Positions 23,165 through 34,344 of a DNA stretch of 38,067 nt are shown one piece after another (within the stretch, counting starts at the first letter, position 1; each line of letters starts with the position of its first letter). The position numbers and the translations under genes were made by a program. Under the pieces are notes generated by a model, which had not been told where the DNA came from, ran no database searches, and saw only the letters and a program-made list of their open reading frames with translations. This DNA is from Desulfobacterales bacterium (GTDB lineage Bacteria; Desulfobacterota; DSM-4660; Desulfatiglandales; JALVZP01), in contig JAMOPX010000174.1 in the NCBI GenBank assembly GCA_027064285.1, forward strand, positions 1 through 38,067, read 5' to 3'.

Positions 23165-25003
23165 ATGCTTGAATATATTCTTGGAAAAGAGATAGCCTCT
23201 TATGTAAGACCCCACAAAAAAATGATTTTTTACTCTATCTTATTTGCCTCGCTTGCTTCTCTTTTTGTGGTTATACCAGCGTATCTTCTTCAGCCTTTTA
23301 TTGATGAATGTATGAAAAAAAACACAGAGCCTGCCTCTTGGAAGATTACCTGGGTCTCATTTGATTCTGCTTTTAGATGGCAGAAAAAGGAAATTATCCT
23401 TCTAAAGGATGTCTCTCCTAATAAACTGCTTCTTATACTTGGCACAATTGCCACCATTTCTGTAATATTAAAATCTATCTTTTCTTACTTAAGTGGAATG
23501 GCAGCAGTTGCTTTTTCTAATAGAGCGGTCAGATCTCTTAGAATAGATCTTTTTAAAAAATTTGCTTCTCTTCCTTTAAGTTATTATCAAAGTAGAAAAT
23601 TAGGGGATTTGATTGGAAGAGCCACTTCTGACATAGGTATTATGCAGGCAAGCATTGCTAATATACTGATTGGTTTAATACAACATCCTCTCACCATTAT
23701 TGTATTCCTTATATATCTTTTGATGATGGACTATAAGATGACCTTGCTTATGTTCATGGTTGTCCCTGTTATTGTGTATCTTGTCAAGCTATTTGGAAGT
23801 AAAGTTAAAAGACATGCCAAGAGAATGCAAGATTCAATGGCTGAGGTAACTGCTGCTTATCAGGAGCTTCTCCAGTGTCTTAAGGTAGTTCATGGTTTTT
23901 TTAGGAGTGAGCATGAAGTAAAGAAGTTCACCCGATTGGCTGATAAATTATACAACAGGGTTATAAGGTGGAGAAAATGGCACTTAGGACTTGGACCTAT
24001 GATGGATATTACTGTATTTTTGGTAATTCCGGGTATCCTTATAATAGGGAGGCTTCATTTTCATCACTCCCTTGGGGAGCTTATATCTATGCTATATGCT
24101 TATTCTAAGATATACCAGCCTATAAAAAAGCTTACAAAACTAAACAATGACATAAAAACCCTTCATGGAGCAACAGAGAGAGTTTTTAGTATTCTCAATA
24201 CTGAACCAGACATAAAGGAAAAACCCAATGCTGTTCCTTTGCCAAGACATAAAGAATATATAGAGTTTAGGGATGTAAGTTTTGGATATAATCCCAAAAA
24301 ACTTGTGCTTAAAAATATATCATTTAAAGTAAATGCTGGAGAAATGGTAGCATTTGTGGGCTCTACAGGATCTGGAAAAAGTACATTACTTGAGCTGATC
24401 CCTCGTTTTTACGATGTAACTTCTGGAAGCATTATAATTGACGGTTATGATATAAGAGATGTGACCTTAGAATCACTAAGAAGACAGATTGGTATTGTAA
24501 GTCAAGATATAATTCTTTTTCACGATACCATTGAAAATAATATTAAGTATGGCGTGCCAGATAAAGGATTGAAAGATGTAATAGAGGTTGCAAAAGCAGC
24601 TCATGCTCATGATTTCATAATAAAACAGCCTGCTTCATATAAAACTATCATAGGAGATAAAGGGGATAGATTATCTGGGGGACAGAAGCAAAGGATTGCC
24701 ATTTCAAGAGCACTGCTAATAAATCCAAGTATTCTTATATTGGATGAAGCAGCTTCAGCTCTTGATGCGGAAAGTGAGCAATTTATTCAGAAGACCATAG
24801 ACAATTTAATAGGAAAATGCACTATACTTGTAGCAGCGCATCGGCTAAATACAGTGGTAAAAGCAAATCGCATATATGTACTGGAGGAAGGGAGAATAGT
24901 GGAACATGGAACATGGGATGAGTTAATCTCTAAGGGAGGAAGATTCCAGTTTTTATATGAGCTGCAATTTAGAAATCATACAAACAACAGGGTAAATACA
25001 TGA
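23165..25003 (+). CDS. ABC exporter, fused permease/ATPase (MsbA-like)
   Basis: Six N-terminal TM helices, Walker A GSTGSGKST, signature LSGGQKQR, Walker B ILILDEA. Confidence 0.85.
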   Translation: MLEYILGKEIASYVRPHKKMIFYSILFASLASLFVVIPAYLLQPFIDECMKKNTEPASWKITWVSFDSAFRWQKKEIILLKDVSPNKLLLILGTIATISVILKSIFSYLSGMAAVAFSNRAVRSLRIDLFKKFASLPLSYYQSRKLGDLIGRATSDIGIMQASIANILIGLIQHPLTIIVFLIYLLMMDYKMTLLMFMVVPVIVYLVKLFGSKVKRHAKRMQDSMAEVTAAYQELLQCLKVVHGFFRSEHEVKKFTRLADKLYNRVIRWRKWHLGLGPMMDITVFLVIPGILIIGRLHFHHSLGELISMLYAYSKIYQPIKKLTKLNNDIKTLHGATERVFSILNTEPDIKEKPNAVPLPRHKEYIEFRDVSFGYNPKKLVLKNISFKVNAGEMVAFVGSTGSGKSTLLELIPRFYDVTSGSIIIDGYDIRDVTLESLRRQIGIVSQDIILFHDTIENNIKYGVPDKGLKDVIEVAKAAHAHDFIIKQPASYKTIIGDKGDRLSGGQKQRIAISRALLINPSILILDEAASALDAESEQFIQKTIDNLIGKCTILVAAHRLNTVVKANRIYVLEEGRIVEHGTWDELISKGGRFQFLYELQFRNHTNNRVNT

Positions 25004-26607
25004 GCTGCATTCCTATTCTTCTTTTCTCATTTATCTTCTTTATCTTTGGTATATTTTTTTATGCCAATTATGTGGAATCCCTATTTGGGATGAATAATGA
25101 AGAAAAGACTCCTGCATATACTAAATATGATGGAGTTGACTTTGTGCCAGCAAAGAATTGGATTATTTTGTTTGGACATCATTTTTCAAGTATAGCAGGA
25201 GCTGCTCCTATAGTAGGACCTGTTATTGCTGTAAGTATATGGGGATGGGGTCCTACACTTTTGTGGATTGTTTTGGGTGCAGTATTCATAGGAGGTCTTC
25301 ATGATCTTTCAGCCCTGTGTATTTCCATAAAAAAAGAGGGAAATTCTGTTGGGGATATAGCTAAGGATGTGGTTTCTTACAAAGCAAAAATCATATTTTC
25401 CTTATTTATCCTTTCAACCCTTATCCTTATAGTAGCGGTTTTTACTTATCTATGTGCAGAAACTTTTATAGCAGATCCTCATATTGTGCTTCCTTCTGTA
25501 GGACTTATTCCTGTGGCAATACTTTCTGGTCTCCTTATCTACAGGTTTCAAAAATCTCAGACTATAGCCACGGTTTTGGCTTTGTTTTTGTTGTTAGGAT
25601 TGATTATAGCAGGAAGATCATTTCCTATTCGCATTAGCAATGATATAAATATCTGGATTTTTTTGCTTTTGGTATATGCATTCTTTGCTTCTATAACACC
25701 TGTTCACATACTCCTTCAGCCCCGTGATTATATAAGCTCTTTTTTGCTCTTTTTTGGTATTGGTATTGGATACATCAGCCTTTTACTCTCTCATCCTTCA
25801 GTTTATATTCCTTTTCACATAAGCAATAATAATGGACAAACTTCTATATGGCCTTTTCTTTTTATTACTGTAGCATGTGGAGCAGTCTCTGGTTTTCATG
25901 GTTTAATCGCCTCTGGCACAACATCTAAGCAGATTGCGAAGCAAAGTCATGCAAAGAGAATCGGTTATGGTGCAATGATATTTGAATCAGCTCTGGCTGT
26001 GCTTGCGGTTCTCTGTGTATGTTCAGGGTTAAAAAATTATGAAACCTTAAAAGAAGTTATTGATAAGGGAGGGCCAATACTTGCCTTTAGTAAAGGCTTT
26101 GGTAATATAAGTTCTGCTATCTTGGGAGGCTATGGGGCTACTATTGCTGTTATTATACTCAATGCTTTTATACTTACTACATTGGATACTGCTACCAGGA
26201 TCTGTCGTTATGTATTTTCTGAACTTGTGGGAGTGGAAAACAGATTTTTTTCTGCCTCAGTGGTAGTAATCCTATCAGGGCTTATAAGTTTTGGAGGAAA
26301 ATGGCGCCTTATATGGCCTACATTTGGGGCATCAAACCAGCTTATAGCAGCTTTTACTCTTTTGATTGTTACAAGTTGGCTTCTTATAAATGGAAGATCA
26401 GCACTTGTTACTTTTGTTGCCTCAATTTTTATGCTTGCCACTACAATATGTGCTCTTCTTTTTCAAATAATAACCTATTTCAAAAAAGCTCAATTTTTCC
26501 TCTTTTTTATTTCACTATTTTTAATCGTAATTGCTGTTTTTATGTTTCTTGAAACAATAGCCTCTTTAAAGAGATCTTGCAAAAAAGGTTATAGGATCAA
26601 GCTCTAA
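25000..26607 (+). CDS. cstA: Carbon starvation protein CstA family transporter
   Basis: GHHFSSIAGAAPIVGPVIA...WGWGPTLLWIVLGAVFIGGLHD is the CstA signature region. Polytopic. ATGA overlap with the upstream ABC gene. Confidence 0.8.
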   Translation: MSCIPILLFSFIFFIFGIFFYANYVESLFGMNNEEKTPAYTKYDGVDFVPAKNWIILFGHHFSSIAGAAPIVGPVIAVSIWGWGPTLLWIVLGAVFIGGLHDLSALCISIKKEGNSVGDIAKDVVSYKAKIIFSLFILSTLILIVAVFTYLCAETFIADPHIVLPSVGLIPVAILSGLLIYRFQKSQTIATVLALFLLLGLIIAGRSFPIRISNDINIWIFLLLVYAFFASITPVHILLQPRDYISSFLLFFGIGIGYISLLLSHPSVYIPFHISNNNGQTSIWPFLFITVACGAVSGFHGLIASGTTSKQIAKQSHAKRIGYGAMIFESALAVLAVLCVCSGLKNYETLKEVIDKGGPILAFSKGFGNISSAILGGYGATIAVIILNAFILTTLDTATRICRYVFSELVGVENRFFSASVVVILSGLISFGGKWRLIWPTFGASNQLIAAFTLLIVTSWLLINGRSALVTFVASIFMLATTICALLFQIITYFKKAQFFLFFISLFLIVIAVFMFLETIASLKRSCKKGYRIKL

Positions 26608-27192
26608 TCTTCTCCCTTCATTTTCTCCTTTTTCAAGCACCACATATACTTCATCCTTTTGTCCATACAGTACAAGTATGGAGTCACAGATATCTTTTAG
26701 TTTATCTTTTAGGCTTAAATACCTGCTCATAGGATAAGTGAGCCATACTTCCATACCGTACTCAGTAGCTATATCCTTTATACTTTGAAAGAGATCCACA
26801 TCTTCTGTTTGCAAACCGTCCAGCAACATTAAATCAAATGTGTATCCACTTTCTTTCAGATTTTCTACACTTGATCTAAGCTTTTCTGCACTAAGAGTCT
26901 GGTTTAAATACGAAAATATGGTTCTATTGCTTTCTATTTCCCCTTTATTTACTGTTTCCCCTGTGGCTTTCACTATCTCTTGCATTTTTAATTCGTAATA
27001 ATTGGATACCTGGTCTGGCATATCCTCAAGAGAAACATGTAAAACTGAATGTCCATTTAAGAGCTTTTCTATCCCTATGTTGGTAAGACATGCACTTTTA
27101 CCAGCTCCTCTTTCTCCTACCAAAAGCCCTAAGCTTCCTCTTTCAGGCTTTTTTCCTTCTAATATCCACAAAGAGCTTATATTATTTTCCAT
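26566..27192 (-). CDS. Single-domain RecA-superfamily (KaiC/RadA-like) P-loop ATPase
   Basis: Walker A GERGAGKS and Walker B-like FDLMLLDG, 208 aa. The start overlaps the EF-G stop by 11 nt. Confidence 0.55.
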   Translation of the reverse strand: MENNISSLWILEGKKPERGSLGLLVGERGAGKSACLTNIGIEKLLNGHSVLHVSLEDMPDQVSNYYELKMQEIVKATGETVNKGEIESNRTIFSYLNQTLSAEKLRSSVENLKESGYTFDLMLLDGLQTEDVDLFQSIKDIATEYGMEVWLTYPMSRYLSLKDKLKDICDSILVLYGQKDEVYVVLEKGENEGRRLELDPITFFARSL

Positions 27193-29272
27193 GTCTTTTT
27201 TCTCCTTTTTTCTTGTTTTTAATTAACTCCTGTGCAATAGCTTCAGGGACTTTCTCATATCTGCTGAATTCCATTGTAAATTCTCCTTTGCCTTGGGTCA
27301 GAGATCTTAACACAGTTGCATACCCAAACATCTCTTTTAAAGGCACCTCCGCTTCTATGGTGGTGTACAGTCCATTTTCTACACAGCTTATTATTATTCC
27401 TCTTCTCTGATTTATAGAAGCCATTACTCTACCCTGAAATTCTGATGGTATCTCAATGGCTACTTTCATGATAGGTTCAAGTATTATAGGTTTTGCTTTT
27501 GTATAGGCTTGTCTAAATGCTCCTATGGCTGCATATTGAAATGCCCTTTCCGAAGAGTCCACACTGTGAGATTTTCCATCTGTCAAAACCACTTTTACTC
27601 CCTGCACAGGAGCTCCTATAAGGCTTCCTTTTTTAAGACATTCTTTAAAACCGCTGTCTACTGCCGGAATAAACTCTGTTGGAATAACCCCTCCCTTTAT
27701 TTGGTTTACAAATTCATATTCTTTGTCTGAAACAGGCTCTATATAACCTACAACTCTTCCGTACTGACCTGCACCGCCTGTCTGTTTTTTATGGGTGTAG
27801 TCAAAATCTGCTCTTTTTGTAATAGCTTCTCTGTAAGCCACTTCTGGATCTTTGGTGGTAAGTTCTATCCCAAATTCTCTTCTCATCCTTTCAATATATA
27901 CCTCCAAGTGCAGCTCTCCCATACCAGATATGATCGTGTCCCCTGTTTCTTCATCCACATGTACTCTGAATGTTGGATCTTCTTTTGTAAATCTATTCAG
28001 TGCCTTTGACATCTTTACCTGAGCATCTTTATTACTGGGAACCACTGTCAAAGATATAACCGGATCCGGAACAAATATCGAAGACATGGTACAGTTTATC
28101 TTTCCATCAGTGAATGTATCACCTGTATAACAGTCCACCCCAAAAAGCGCTACTACATCTCCTGCATATGCCTCACTAATGTCTTCCATTTTATCTGCAT
28201 GCATTTTTACTATCCTTCCAACCTTTATCTTTTTCCCTGTTCTTGCAATAAATATTTCATCTCCTTTTCTTATCTTACCTTGGTAGATTCTTACATAGGT
28301 GAGCTGGCCATAAGGAGTTACTTCCAGTTTGAATGCAAATGCTACAAGTGGTAATTCAGGATCAGTTTTAAGAGGTATTTTTTTGCTCTCATCTGTTATA
28401 TCTAAGGCAAAGTTTTGCATATCTTTTGGAGATGGAAGATAGTAAGTTACAGCATCTAATAATGGTTGAACCCCTATATTTCTATATGCAGATCCTATGA
28501 AAACAGGAACTAATGCCTTAGAAAGTGTTCCTTTTCTTAAGGCATCATGAATAAGCTCTTCTGTAATATTCTCATCAAATATAGCTTCCATCAGCTCATC
28601 AGAAAACATGGAAGCTGCATCCAAAAGCTCTTCCCGTCTTTTTTCAGCTTCACTAAGAAGCTCAGCAGGGATTTCTTCTTCTACAACTTCTCTTCCATTA
28701 GGACCTTTGAAATATATTGCTTTCATTTTTACCAGATCTACTACTCCTGAGAAACTGTCTTCCAAACCAATAGGTATCTGCATAAGAACTGCATTATAAT
28801 TTAATTTTTCTCTCATCTCATCTAATACCCTATAAGGATCTGCACCAGACCTGTCGCATTTATTTATAAATGCTATTCGAGGAATGCCATATCTATTCAT
28901 CTGCCTATCTACAGTTATGGTCTGGGATTGTACCCCTCCCACTGCACACAGGATTAAAATACCACCATCCATAACCCTAAGAGCTCTTTCTACTTCTATG
29001 GTAAAATCTACATGTCCAGGGGTATCTATTATATTGATCCTATGTTTTTTCCACTCACAATAAGTAGCAGCAGAGGTTATAGTTATCCCTCTCTCCTTTT
29101 CCAATTCCATAAAGTCCATTGTAGCACCTGCACCATCTTTGCCTTTTACTTCATGGATGGCATGGATTCTGTTGGTATAATAAAGGATCCTTTCTGTAAC
29201 AGTGGTTTTGCCTGAATCTATATGGGCACTTATACCTATGTTTCTTAAGTCTTTTACTTCCTTCTTACTCAA
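27182..29272 (-). CDS. Elongation factor G paralogue (not in an str operon context)
   Basis: G motifs [17 protein letters not shown] and NKCD, plus full EF-G domain length. The likely start is TTG at 29272, preceded by AAGGAG at an 8-nt spacing and giving [24 protein letters not shown]. The listed 29335 start adds a hydrophobic extension that overlaps a terminator hairpin. Confidence 0.9.
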   Translation of the reverse strand: MSKKEVKDLRNIGISAHIDSGKTTVTERILYYTNRIHAIHEVKGKDGAGATMDFMELEKERGITITSAATYCEWKKHRINIIDTPGHVDFTIEVERALRVMDGGILILCAVGGVQSQTITVDRQMNRYGIPRIAFINKCDRSGADPYRVLDEMREKLNYNAVLMQIPIGLEDSFSGVVDLVKMKAIYFKGPNGREVVEEEIPAELLSEAEKRREELLDAASMFSDELMEAIFDENITEELIHDALRKGTLSKALVPVFIGSAYRNIGVQPLLDAVTYYLPSPKDMQNFALDITDESKKIPLKTDPELPLVAFAFKLEVTPYGQLTYVRIYQGKIRKGDEIFIARTGKKIKVGRIVKMHADKMEDISEAYAGDVVALFGVDCYTGDTFTDGKINCTMSSIFVPDPVISLTVVPSNKDAQVKMSKALNRFTKEDPTFRVHVDEETGDTIISGMGELHLEVYIERMRREFGIELTTKDPEVAYREAITKRADFDYTHKKQTGGAGQYGRVVGYIEPVSDKEYEFVNQIKGGVIPTEFIPAVDSGFKECLKKGSLIGAPVQGVKVVLTDGKSHSVDSSERAFQYAAIGAFRQAYTKAKPIILEPIMKVAIEIPSEFQGRVMASINQRRGIIISCVENGLYTTIEAEVPLKEMFGYATVLRSLTQGKGEFTMEFSRYEKVPEAIAQELIKNKKKGEKRHGK

Positions 29273-29305
29273 CTTTTCTGCTCCTTTTTTGATTTTATTA
29301 AACAC

Positions 29306-29343
29306 AAAAAGAAGAGCGATGCTCATCATGAGCACCGCTCTTC
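29306..29343 (-). terminator. Rho-independent terminator after hsp20 (29367)
   Basis: On the - strand: gaagagcggtgctcat / atgagcatcgctcttc stem (one mismatch) followed by TTTTT. Confidence 0.75.
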
Positions 29344-29366
29344 TTTTAAGCCTTATTATACCTGTT

Positions 29367-29828
29367 TTAGTGTTTTATTTCAATCCTTTTAACTTTTCCT
29401 TCATGAACCTTTGGGATTACCAATCTCAAAACCCCATTCTTATAAGTAGCATCTATTTTATCCTCTTTTACTTCCTCAGGCAGACGGAAGCTTCTCTGGA
29501 AAGCACCATACTGTCTTTCCATGTAGTAGTAGTTTTCACTCCTGCTTTCTTCTTCTCTCTTTTTCTCACCTTTTATAGTGAGTACACCGTTAGCTATTGT
29601 AATTTCTATATCTTTTGGATCAATTCCTGGAAGTTCTGCTGTTACGATATATTCTTTATCATTTTCTGCTATATCAAATGCTGGAGTCCATACTTCCCTT
29701 TCCTCAAATAAGGCTGGAAGTTCCAGATCTTCAAACAGCCTTTCAAATCTGTCAAATATATCTCTACTGAATATATCTCTCCCCAGAAGTGAGCCTCTGT
29801 AGGGTACCAAATCTAACATCCTGGCCAT
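29367..29828 (-). CDS. Small heat-shock protein, Hsp20/alpha-crystallin family (third paralogue)
   Basis: Alpha-crystallin domain with the motif [10 protein letters not shown] prefer the ATG at 29828 with its AAGGAGG RBS. The listed GTG at 29837 lies inside that RBS. Confidence 0.9.
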   Translation of the reverse strand: MARMLDLVPYRGSLLGRDIFSRDIFDRFERLFEDLELPALFEEREVWTPAFDIAENDKEYIVTAELPGIDPKDIEITIANGVLTIKGEKKREEESRSENYYYMERQYGAFQRSFRLPEEVKEDKIDATYKNGVLRLVIPKVHEGKVKRIEIKH

Positions 29829-29873
29829 ATTTATCACCTCCTTTCATAGAGGTTTGATTCTTTTTTCACTAAA

Positions 29874-29901
29874 AAAATAATCATCCCTTTTTGGTAGTCA
29901 A
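29874..29901 (-). promoter_or_regulatory. Sigma-70-type promoter of the monocistronic hsp20 (TTGACT-N16-TATTTT)
   Basis: The - strand reads TTGACT accaaaaagggatgat TATTTTTTT. The hexamers and spacing are the same as at 11569-11596. Confidence 0.55.
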
Positions 29902-29913
29902 GATATTCCTATA

Positions 29914-32900
29914 TTAAGCTGGATCATAAGAAACAGAAGAGGTAAATTCTTTCAGTACATCTCTAATTTTTGGCAGATCTTTGGGTAAGAGAATTTTTTT
30001 GGCATTTATCTTGATCTTATACTGAGAAACAAATCTAAACACTCTGGGCTTCTGAGAAACCAGCTTTGCGATCCTTTCTGGATCTACACAGCCATTATTT
30101 ACAAAAGTAATAGTCATTCCATCTGGACTTACATCTAATTTACTGATACCTGATCTTTTCAGTATTATTCTTATATTCATAATATGAAATAAGTTTTTCA
30201 CCTCTTCTGGCATATCTCCAAATCTATCTAATAGCTCGCTTTTCACTTTTGTGAGTTCGGATTCTTCTGAAAGCATGGAAAGTCTTCTGTATATATTAAG
30301 TCTTAGGTCATTATCCATTATATATGTCTCTGGTATATATGCTGGCACATTTATGTTTATTTCTGGATTCAATTCTTCATGCCATTCTTCTCCTTTTAAT
30401 TCTGCTATTGTCTGCTCAATAAGCCTTACATAAAGTTCATATCCTATTTCTGCTATATGTCCTGATTGAGCATATCCCAATATGTTCCCTCCACCTCTTA
30501 TCCTTAGGTCATGCATTGCAAGCTGTAATCCAGCACCAAGTCTTGAAAAGTCCATTAATGCTTTGAGCCTTTTTTCTCCTTCTGGGGTTATTGAAGAAGG
30601 ATCAGAGATAAGAAGATAGGCATAAGCTTTTTCCTTAGAGCGTCCAACTCTCCCTCTTAATTGATATACCTGCGCAAGTCCCATTTTCTCTACACCATCT
30701 ATTATAATAGTATTTGCAGATGGTATATCTAAACCAGATTCTATTATGCTTGTGCAAACCAAGACATCTATCTCTTTATTTAAAAAAGAAAGCATGGTTT
30801 TCTCTAACTCTGCCTCTTTCATTTGCCCATGTGCTACAGCAAGCTTTGCTTCTGGAACTAATCTCCTTATTTTCTCTGCTCTATCATATATTGTTTGTAC
30901 CCTATTGTGTACAAAGAAAACCTGTCCTTTCCTCTTTAACTCAAATCTAATCGCTTTTGCTATTAAATCTTCATCATAATACGAGATATGAGTTCTAATA
31001 GAAAGCCTATCTTGTGGCGGGGTTTCTATAATACTTATATCTCTTACCCCCAGTAGCGCCATATGCAATGTTCTTGGAATAGGAGTAGCAGCCAAAGAAA
31101 GCACATCTACAGTTGTTCTGTATCTTTTCAACAACTCCTTTTGTTTTACCCCAAATTTCTGCTCTTCATCTATAATAAGAAGCCCAAGATCTGAAAACTT
31201 TATATCTTTTTGTAAAAGCCTATGTGTTCCTATGATTATGTCTATCTTGCCAGACCTGATCTCAGCAATAATCTTTGTCTGTTCAGATCTGCTTTTAAAC
31301 CTGCTGAGCATTTCTACTCTGATGTGATATGGAGACATTCTGCTTTTAAATGTCCTATAATGTTGTTCTGCTAATAGGGTTGTAGGTACCACCATTGCCA
31401 CCTGTTTCCCATCCATTACTGCTTTAAATGCCGCCCTAATAGCCACCTCTGTTTTGCCAAAACCAACATCTCCACATATAAGCCTATCCATTGGCCTTTC
31501 AGAGCTCATATCATTAAGTACGTCTTCTATAGCTTTTATCTGGTCAGGGGTTTCTTCATGCTCAAATGTGGCTTCAAATTCACGGAATATGTGATCTGGC
31601 GGTGAAAATGCATATCCTTTTCTGGCCTGTCTTATGGCATATAACTCTACCAGATGTTTTGCGATCTTTTTGATAGAGCTTTTTGCCTTTTTCTTGGCTA
31701 TATCCCAGGACCTGCCTCCTAACTGATCCAGTTTTGGCTCTTTGTCTTCAATACCTATATATTTTTGTAATATGCTTATTCTATCTGTAGGTATATAGAG
31801 CTTTGAATTTTCCGCATATTCTATTATTGCATATTCATTTACTCTGTTATTCACCTTTATCTTTTTAAGACCTATATATCTTCCTATCCCATGCTCTTCA
31901 TGTACTACTAAATCCCCTTCCTTAAATTGGCCTATATTTATTAATTGTGCAAGCCTGCTACGTGGTTTTGTCCTTGCATCCTTTTTTCTTCCAAATATTT
32001 GATCCTCACTTATTACATAAAGCCCTGCTTCCTGCCACACAAACCCCTTTGTGATATTTCCAAGACATATAAATATCCCTGGCTCAATGGGAAGTTCTTT
32101 CCAGGAATCCAAAAATTTATTTATTTCTACGTTATAATTCTTTAATATCTCTTTTAACCTTTCAGCCTGCTCTCTTGTTCTAGTTATAATAACTACTCTT
32201 CCACCACTTTCTTTCCACTCTTCTACCTTTTCTGCCAATGGGGCTAAAGAAACCCTGCCTTTTTCGGGTATTCTTATCTCTATATCATCTGTAAGTTCAA
32301 AATATCCTGGTATGTTAATAACTTCTGTGTCTTCATCAAAAGGTCCTGAGCTTTCTAACTGTATAAGTTGAAATTTGGAGATATTAGATATAAGTTCCTC
32401 AGATCCTAAGAGTAGCTCTTCTACTTCAGGGAATGGTTCCCCTCTTTCAGCTGCTTCTTTTCTAAACCTCTCTATATCTTTCTTAAATCTTTCCTTTATT
32501 TTTTTGTGAATGGACCCTAAGCTGTGATAGGAATATACTGTAATCACAGTATCTTTTGGTAGATAATCAAATATACTACTTGGTTTTTCATAAAAGTGTG
32601 CAAGCCAGGCCTCTTTTCCTGAAAACTGAGGATTTGAGATGTCTGAAAAAGGTAATCTTCCAAAAGATCTCGCTCTTTTTAGATTTTTTTCATTTAGAAT
32701 CAGCTCAGAGCAGGGCAGTATGATCATGCTTTTTTCATCAGCAACAGACCTTTGAGTAAATGGATCAAATTGTCTTATGGATTCTACAATATCTCCCCAG
32801 AATTCTAATCTGAAAGGATTCTGATAAGAGGGGGAAAAAATATCAATTACGCTACCTCTTACTGCATAATCTCCTATGTCTTCCACGATCGGAACTCTCT

Positions 32901-33363
32901 GATACCCTCCTTGTTCCAGTTTTTTGATGAGTAATTCTCTATCCAATTCCTCTCCTTCTTCCACATAGTCCACAAATCCTACGAGTTCTTTTTTAGGAAT
33001 AGTTTTAAGGAATATAGCATCAATAGAGGTTACCACAATTGGAGCCTTTTCATTAAGCAATGCATAAAGGGAACTTATTCTTTTTGACATTACCTCTTTA
33101 TGAGGACTTAGCCCTGAAAAAGGAGAAATATCATAAGGAGCAAATTCATAGAAATTTTTATTCCCTATAAAAAAGAGAAAGTCTTTTAAAATCTTATTAA
33201 CATCTTTTTTGCTCGGAAGAATAATAAGATTTGTCTTATTCAAATCTTTTAATAGCTCAGAATAAAGATACGAAAGCGCACTTTCAGATATTCCTTCTAT
33301 TCTTATGATTTTTTTGTTCTTTATAGAAAGAAGAATCTTTTCTTTTAGTTCTACTATGTTCAT
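29914..33363 (-). CDS. mfd: Transcription-repair coupling factor
   Basis: 1149 aa. CarD-like RNAP-interaction segment (DLVVHEEHGIGRY), SF2 helicase Walker A GDVGFGKTEVA and DEEQKFG box, plus a conserved C-terminal translocase region. Confidence 0.95.
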   Translation of the reverse strand: MNIVELKEKILLSIKNKKIIRIEGISESALSYLYSELLKDLNKTNLIILPSKKDVNKILKDFLFFIGNKNFYEFAPYDISPFSGLSPHKEVMSKRISSLYALLNEKAPIVVTSIDAIFLKTIPKKELVGFVDYVEEGEELDRELLIKKLEQGGYQRVPIVEDIGDYAVRGSVIDIFSPSYQNPFRLEFWGDIVESIRQFDPFTQRSVADEKSMIILPCSELILNEKNLKRARSFGRLPFSDISNPQFSGKEAWLAHFYEKPSSIFDYLPKDTVITVYSYHSLGSIHKKIKERFKKDIERFRKEAAERGEPFPEVEELLLGSEELISNISKFQLIQLESSGPFDEDTEVINIPGYFELTDDIEIRIPEKGRVSLAPLAEKVEEWKESGGRVVIITRTREQAERLKEILKNYNVEINKFLDSWKELPIEPGIFICLGNITKGFVWQEAGLYVISEDQIFGRKKDARTKPRSRLAQLINIGQFKEGDLVVHEEHGIGRYIGLKKIKVNNRVNEYAIIEYAENSKLYIPTDRISILQKYIGIEDKEPKLDQLGGRSWDIAKKKAKSSIKKIAKHLVELYAIRQARKGYAFSPPDHIFREFEATFEHEETPDQIKAIEDVLNDMSSERPMDRLICGDVGFGKTEVAIRAAFKAVMDGKQVAMVVPTTLLAEQHYRTFKSRMSPYHIRVEMLSRFKSRSEQTKIIAEIRSGKIDIIIGTHRLLQKDIKFSDLGLLIIDEEQKFGVKQKELLKRYRTTVDVLSLAATPIPRTLHMALLGVRDISIIETPPQDRLSIRTHISYYDEDLIAKAIRFELKRKGQVFFVHNRVQTIYDRAEKIRRLVPEAKLAVAHGQMKEAELEKTMLSFLNKEIDVLVCTSIIESGLDIPSANTIIIDGVEKMGLAQVYQLRGRVGRSKEKAYAYLLISDPSSITPEGEKRLKALMDFSRLGAGLQLAMHDLRIRGGGNILGYAQSGHIAEIGYELYVRLIEQTIAELKGEEWHEELNPEININVPAYIPETYIMDNDLRLNIYRRLSMLSEESELTKVKSELLDRFGDMPEEVKNLFHIMNIRIILKRSGISKLDVSPDGMTITFVNNGCVDPERIAKLVSQKPRVFRFVSQYKIKINAKKILLPKDLPKIRDVLKEFTSSVSYDPA

Positions 33364-34277
33364 ATGAAAGGCCCTTCCAAGAATTTTAAGGTTTTCTTAT
33401 CAGTATCTAATCTTGTTTTTATACCTAAGGGTATAAGCACATTTTGATTTGAATGCCCTATAGGAAAATCAGAAAGAATAGGGAATCCCATATCTGAAAC
33501 TATATCAAGAACAATTTGGTTAATTATATCTTTTTTCCCGCAACCTTTGAACTGTCCTAACACAAGCCCAGAGACATTTTTGAAAAAGCCACTTAATCTG
33601 AGTTGAGTAAACATCCTGTCTATTCTGTAATATGGTTCGTTGATATCTTCCAAAAACAAGATTGTGTTTTCACAAATAGGTAGATAATCAGTACCTACAA
33701 GACTGGCGATTATACTCAGATTGCCTCCTAAAAGGATTCCCTCTGTTTCTCCTGAAATAAGGGTTTCTGATTTTTCTGCTTTTATTTCTTTGCATTTTCC
33801 TTGAAGCATTTCCCAAAACAGCTTTATGTATTCGCTGTCTAACTCTGTAAGATCCTTTATCATTGGTCCATGAAAAGATACAATCTTCGCTTTTTTTATT
33901 ATTGCCATAAGCAAGGCTGTTATATCGCTATAACCAATAAATATTTTTGGATTATTTCTTATTAGCTGGTAGTCAATATTCTCCAAAATTCGGATGCTAC
34001 CATATCCTCCTCGTGAACATATGATCGCTTTTATTTCATTTTTTTTGAACATCTGATGCAGGTCATCAACTCTTTCCTTAATACTACCGGCCATATACCC
34101 ATGTTTGGATACTGCAAAGGTATTTTTGCCTATTTCTACTTTTTTAAACCCAAGCTCCTTAATAAATCGAACACCTTTTTTTATCTTTTCTTTTTCTATA
34201 GGACTTGCAGGAGATAAGATTCCTATCTTGTCTTCTGTGTTTAGTGACTTAACCTTATATAAATTCTTTCTTGTCAT
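33360..34277 (-). CDS. ldcA: LD-carboxypeptidase (peptidase S66, muramoyltetrapeptide carboxypeptidase)
   Basis: IGILSPASP, nucleophile context FIGYSDITAL, and C-terminal PIGHS. ATGA overlap with the mfd start. Confidence 0.85.
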   Translation of the reverse strand: MTRKNLYKVKSLNTEDKIGILSPASPIEKEKIKKGVRFIKELGFKKVEIGKNTFAVSKHGYMAGSIKERVDDLHQMFKKNEIKAIICSRGGYGSIRILENIDYQLIRNNPKIFIGYSDITALLMAIIKKAKIVSFHGPMIKDLTELDSEYIKLFWEMLQGKCKEIKAEKSETLISGETEGILLGGNLSIIASLVGTDYLPICENTILFLEDINEPYYRIDRMFTQLRLSGFFKNVSGLVLGQFKGCGKKDIINQIVLDIVSDMGFPILSDFPIGHSNQNVLIPLGIKTRLDTDKKTLKFLEGPFI

Positions 34278-34344
34278 TGCATAACATAATCTTGTAAATT
34301 ATCTTACCAAAATTTGTCTTATTATTTCAGAGGGGTTTGTTTTT

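Noticed and set aside
29202-29711. 169-aa ORF on the + strand.
   Set aside because: It is antisense to the EF-G 5' end, a terminator and the hsp20 gene. Its composition is low-complexity and F/L/S-rich, as expected for the reverse strand of AT-rich coding DNA.
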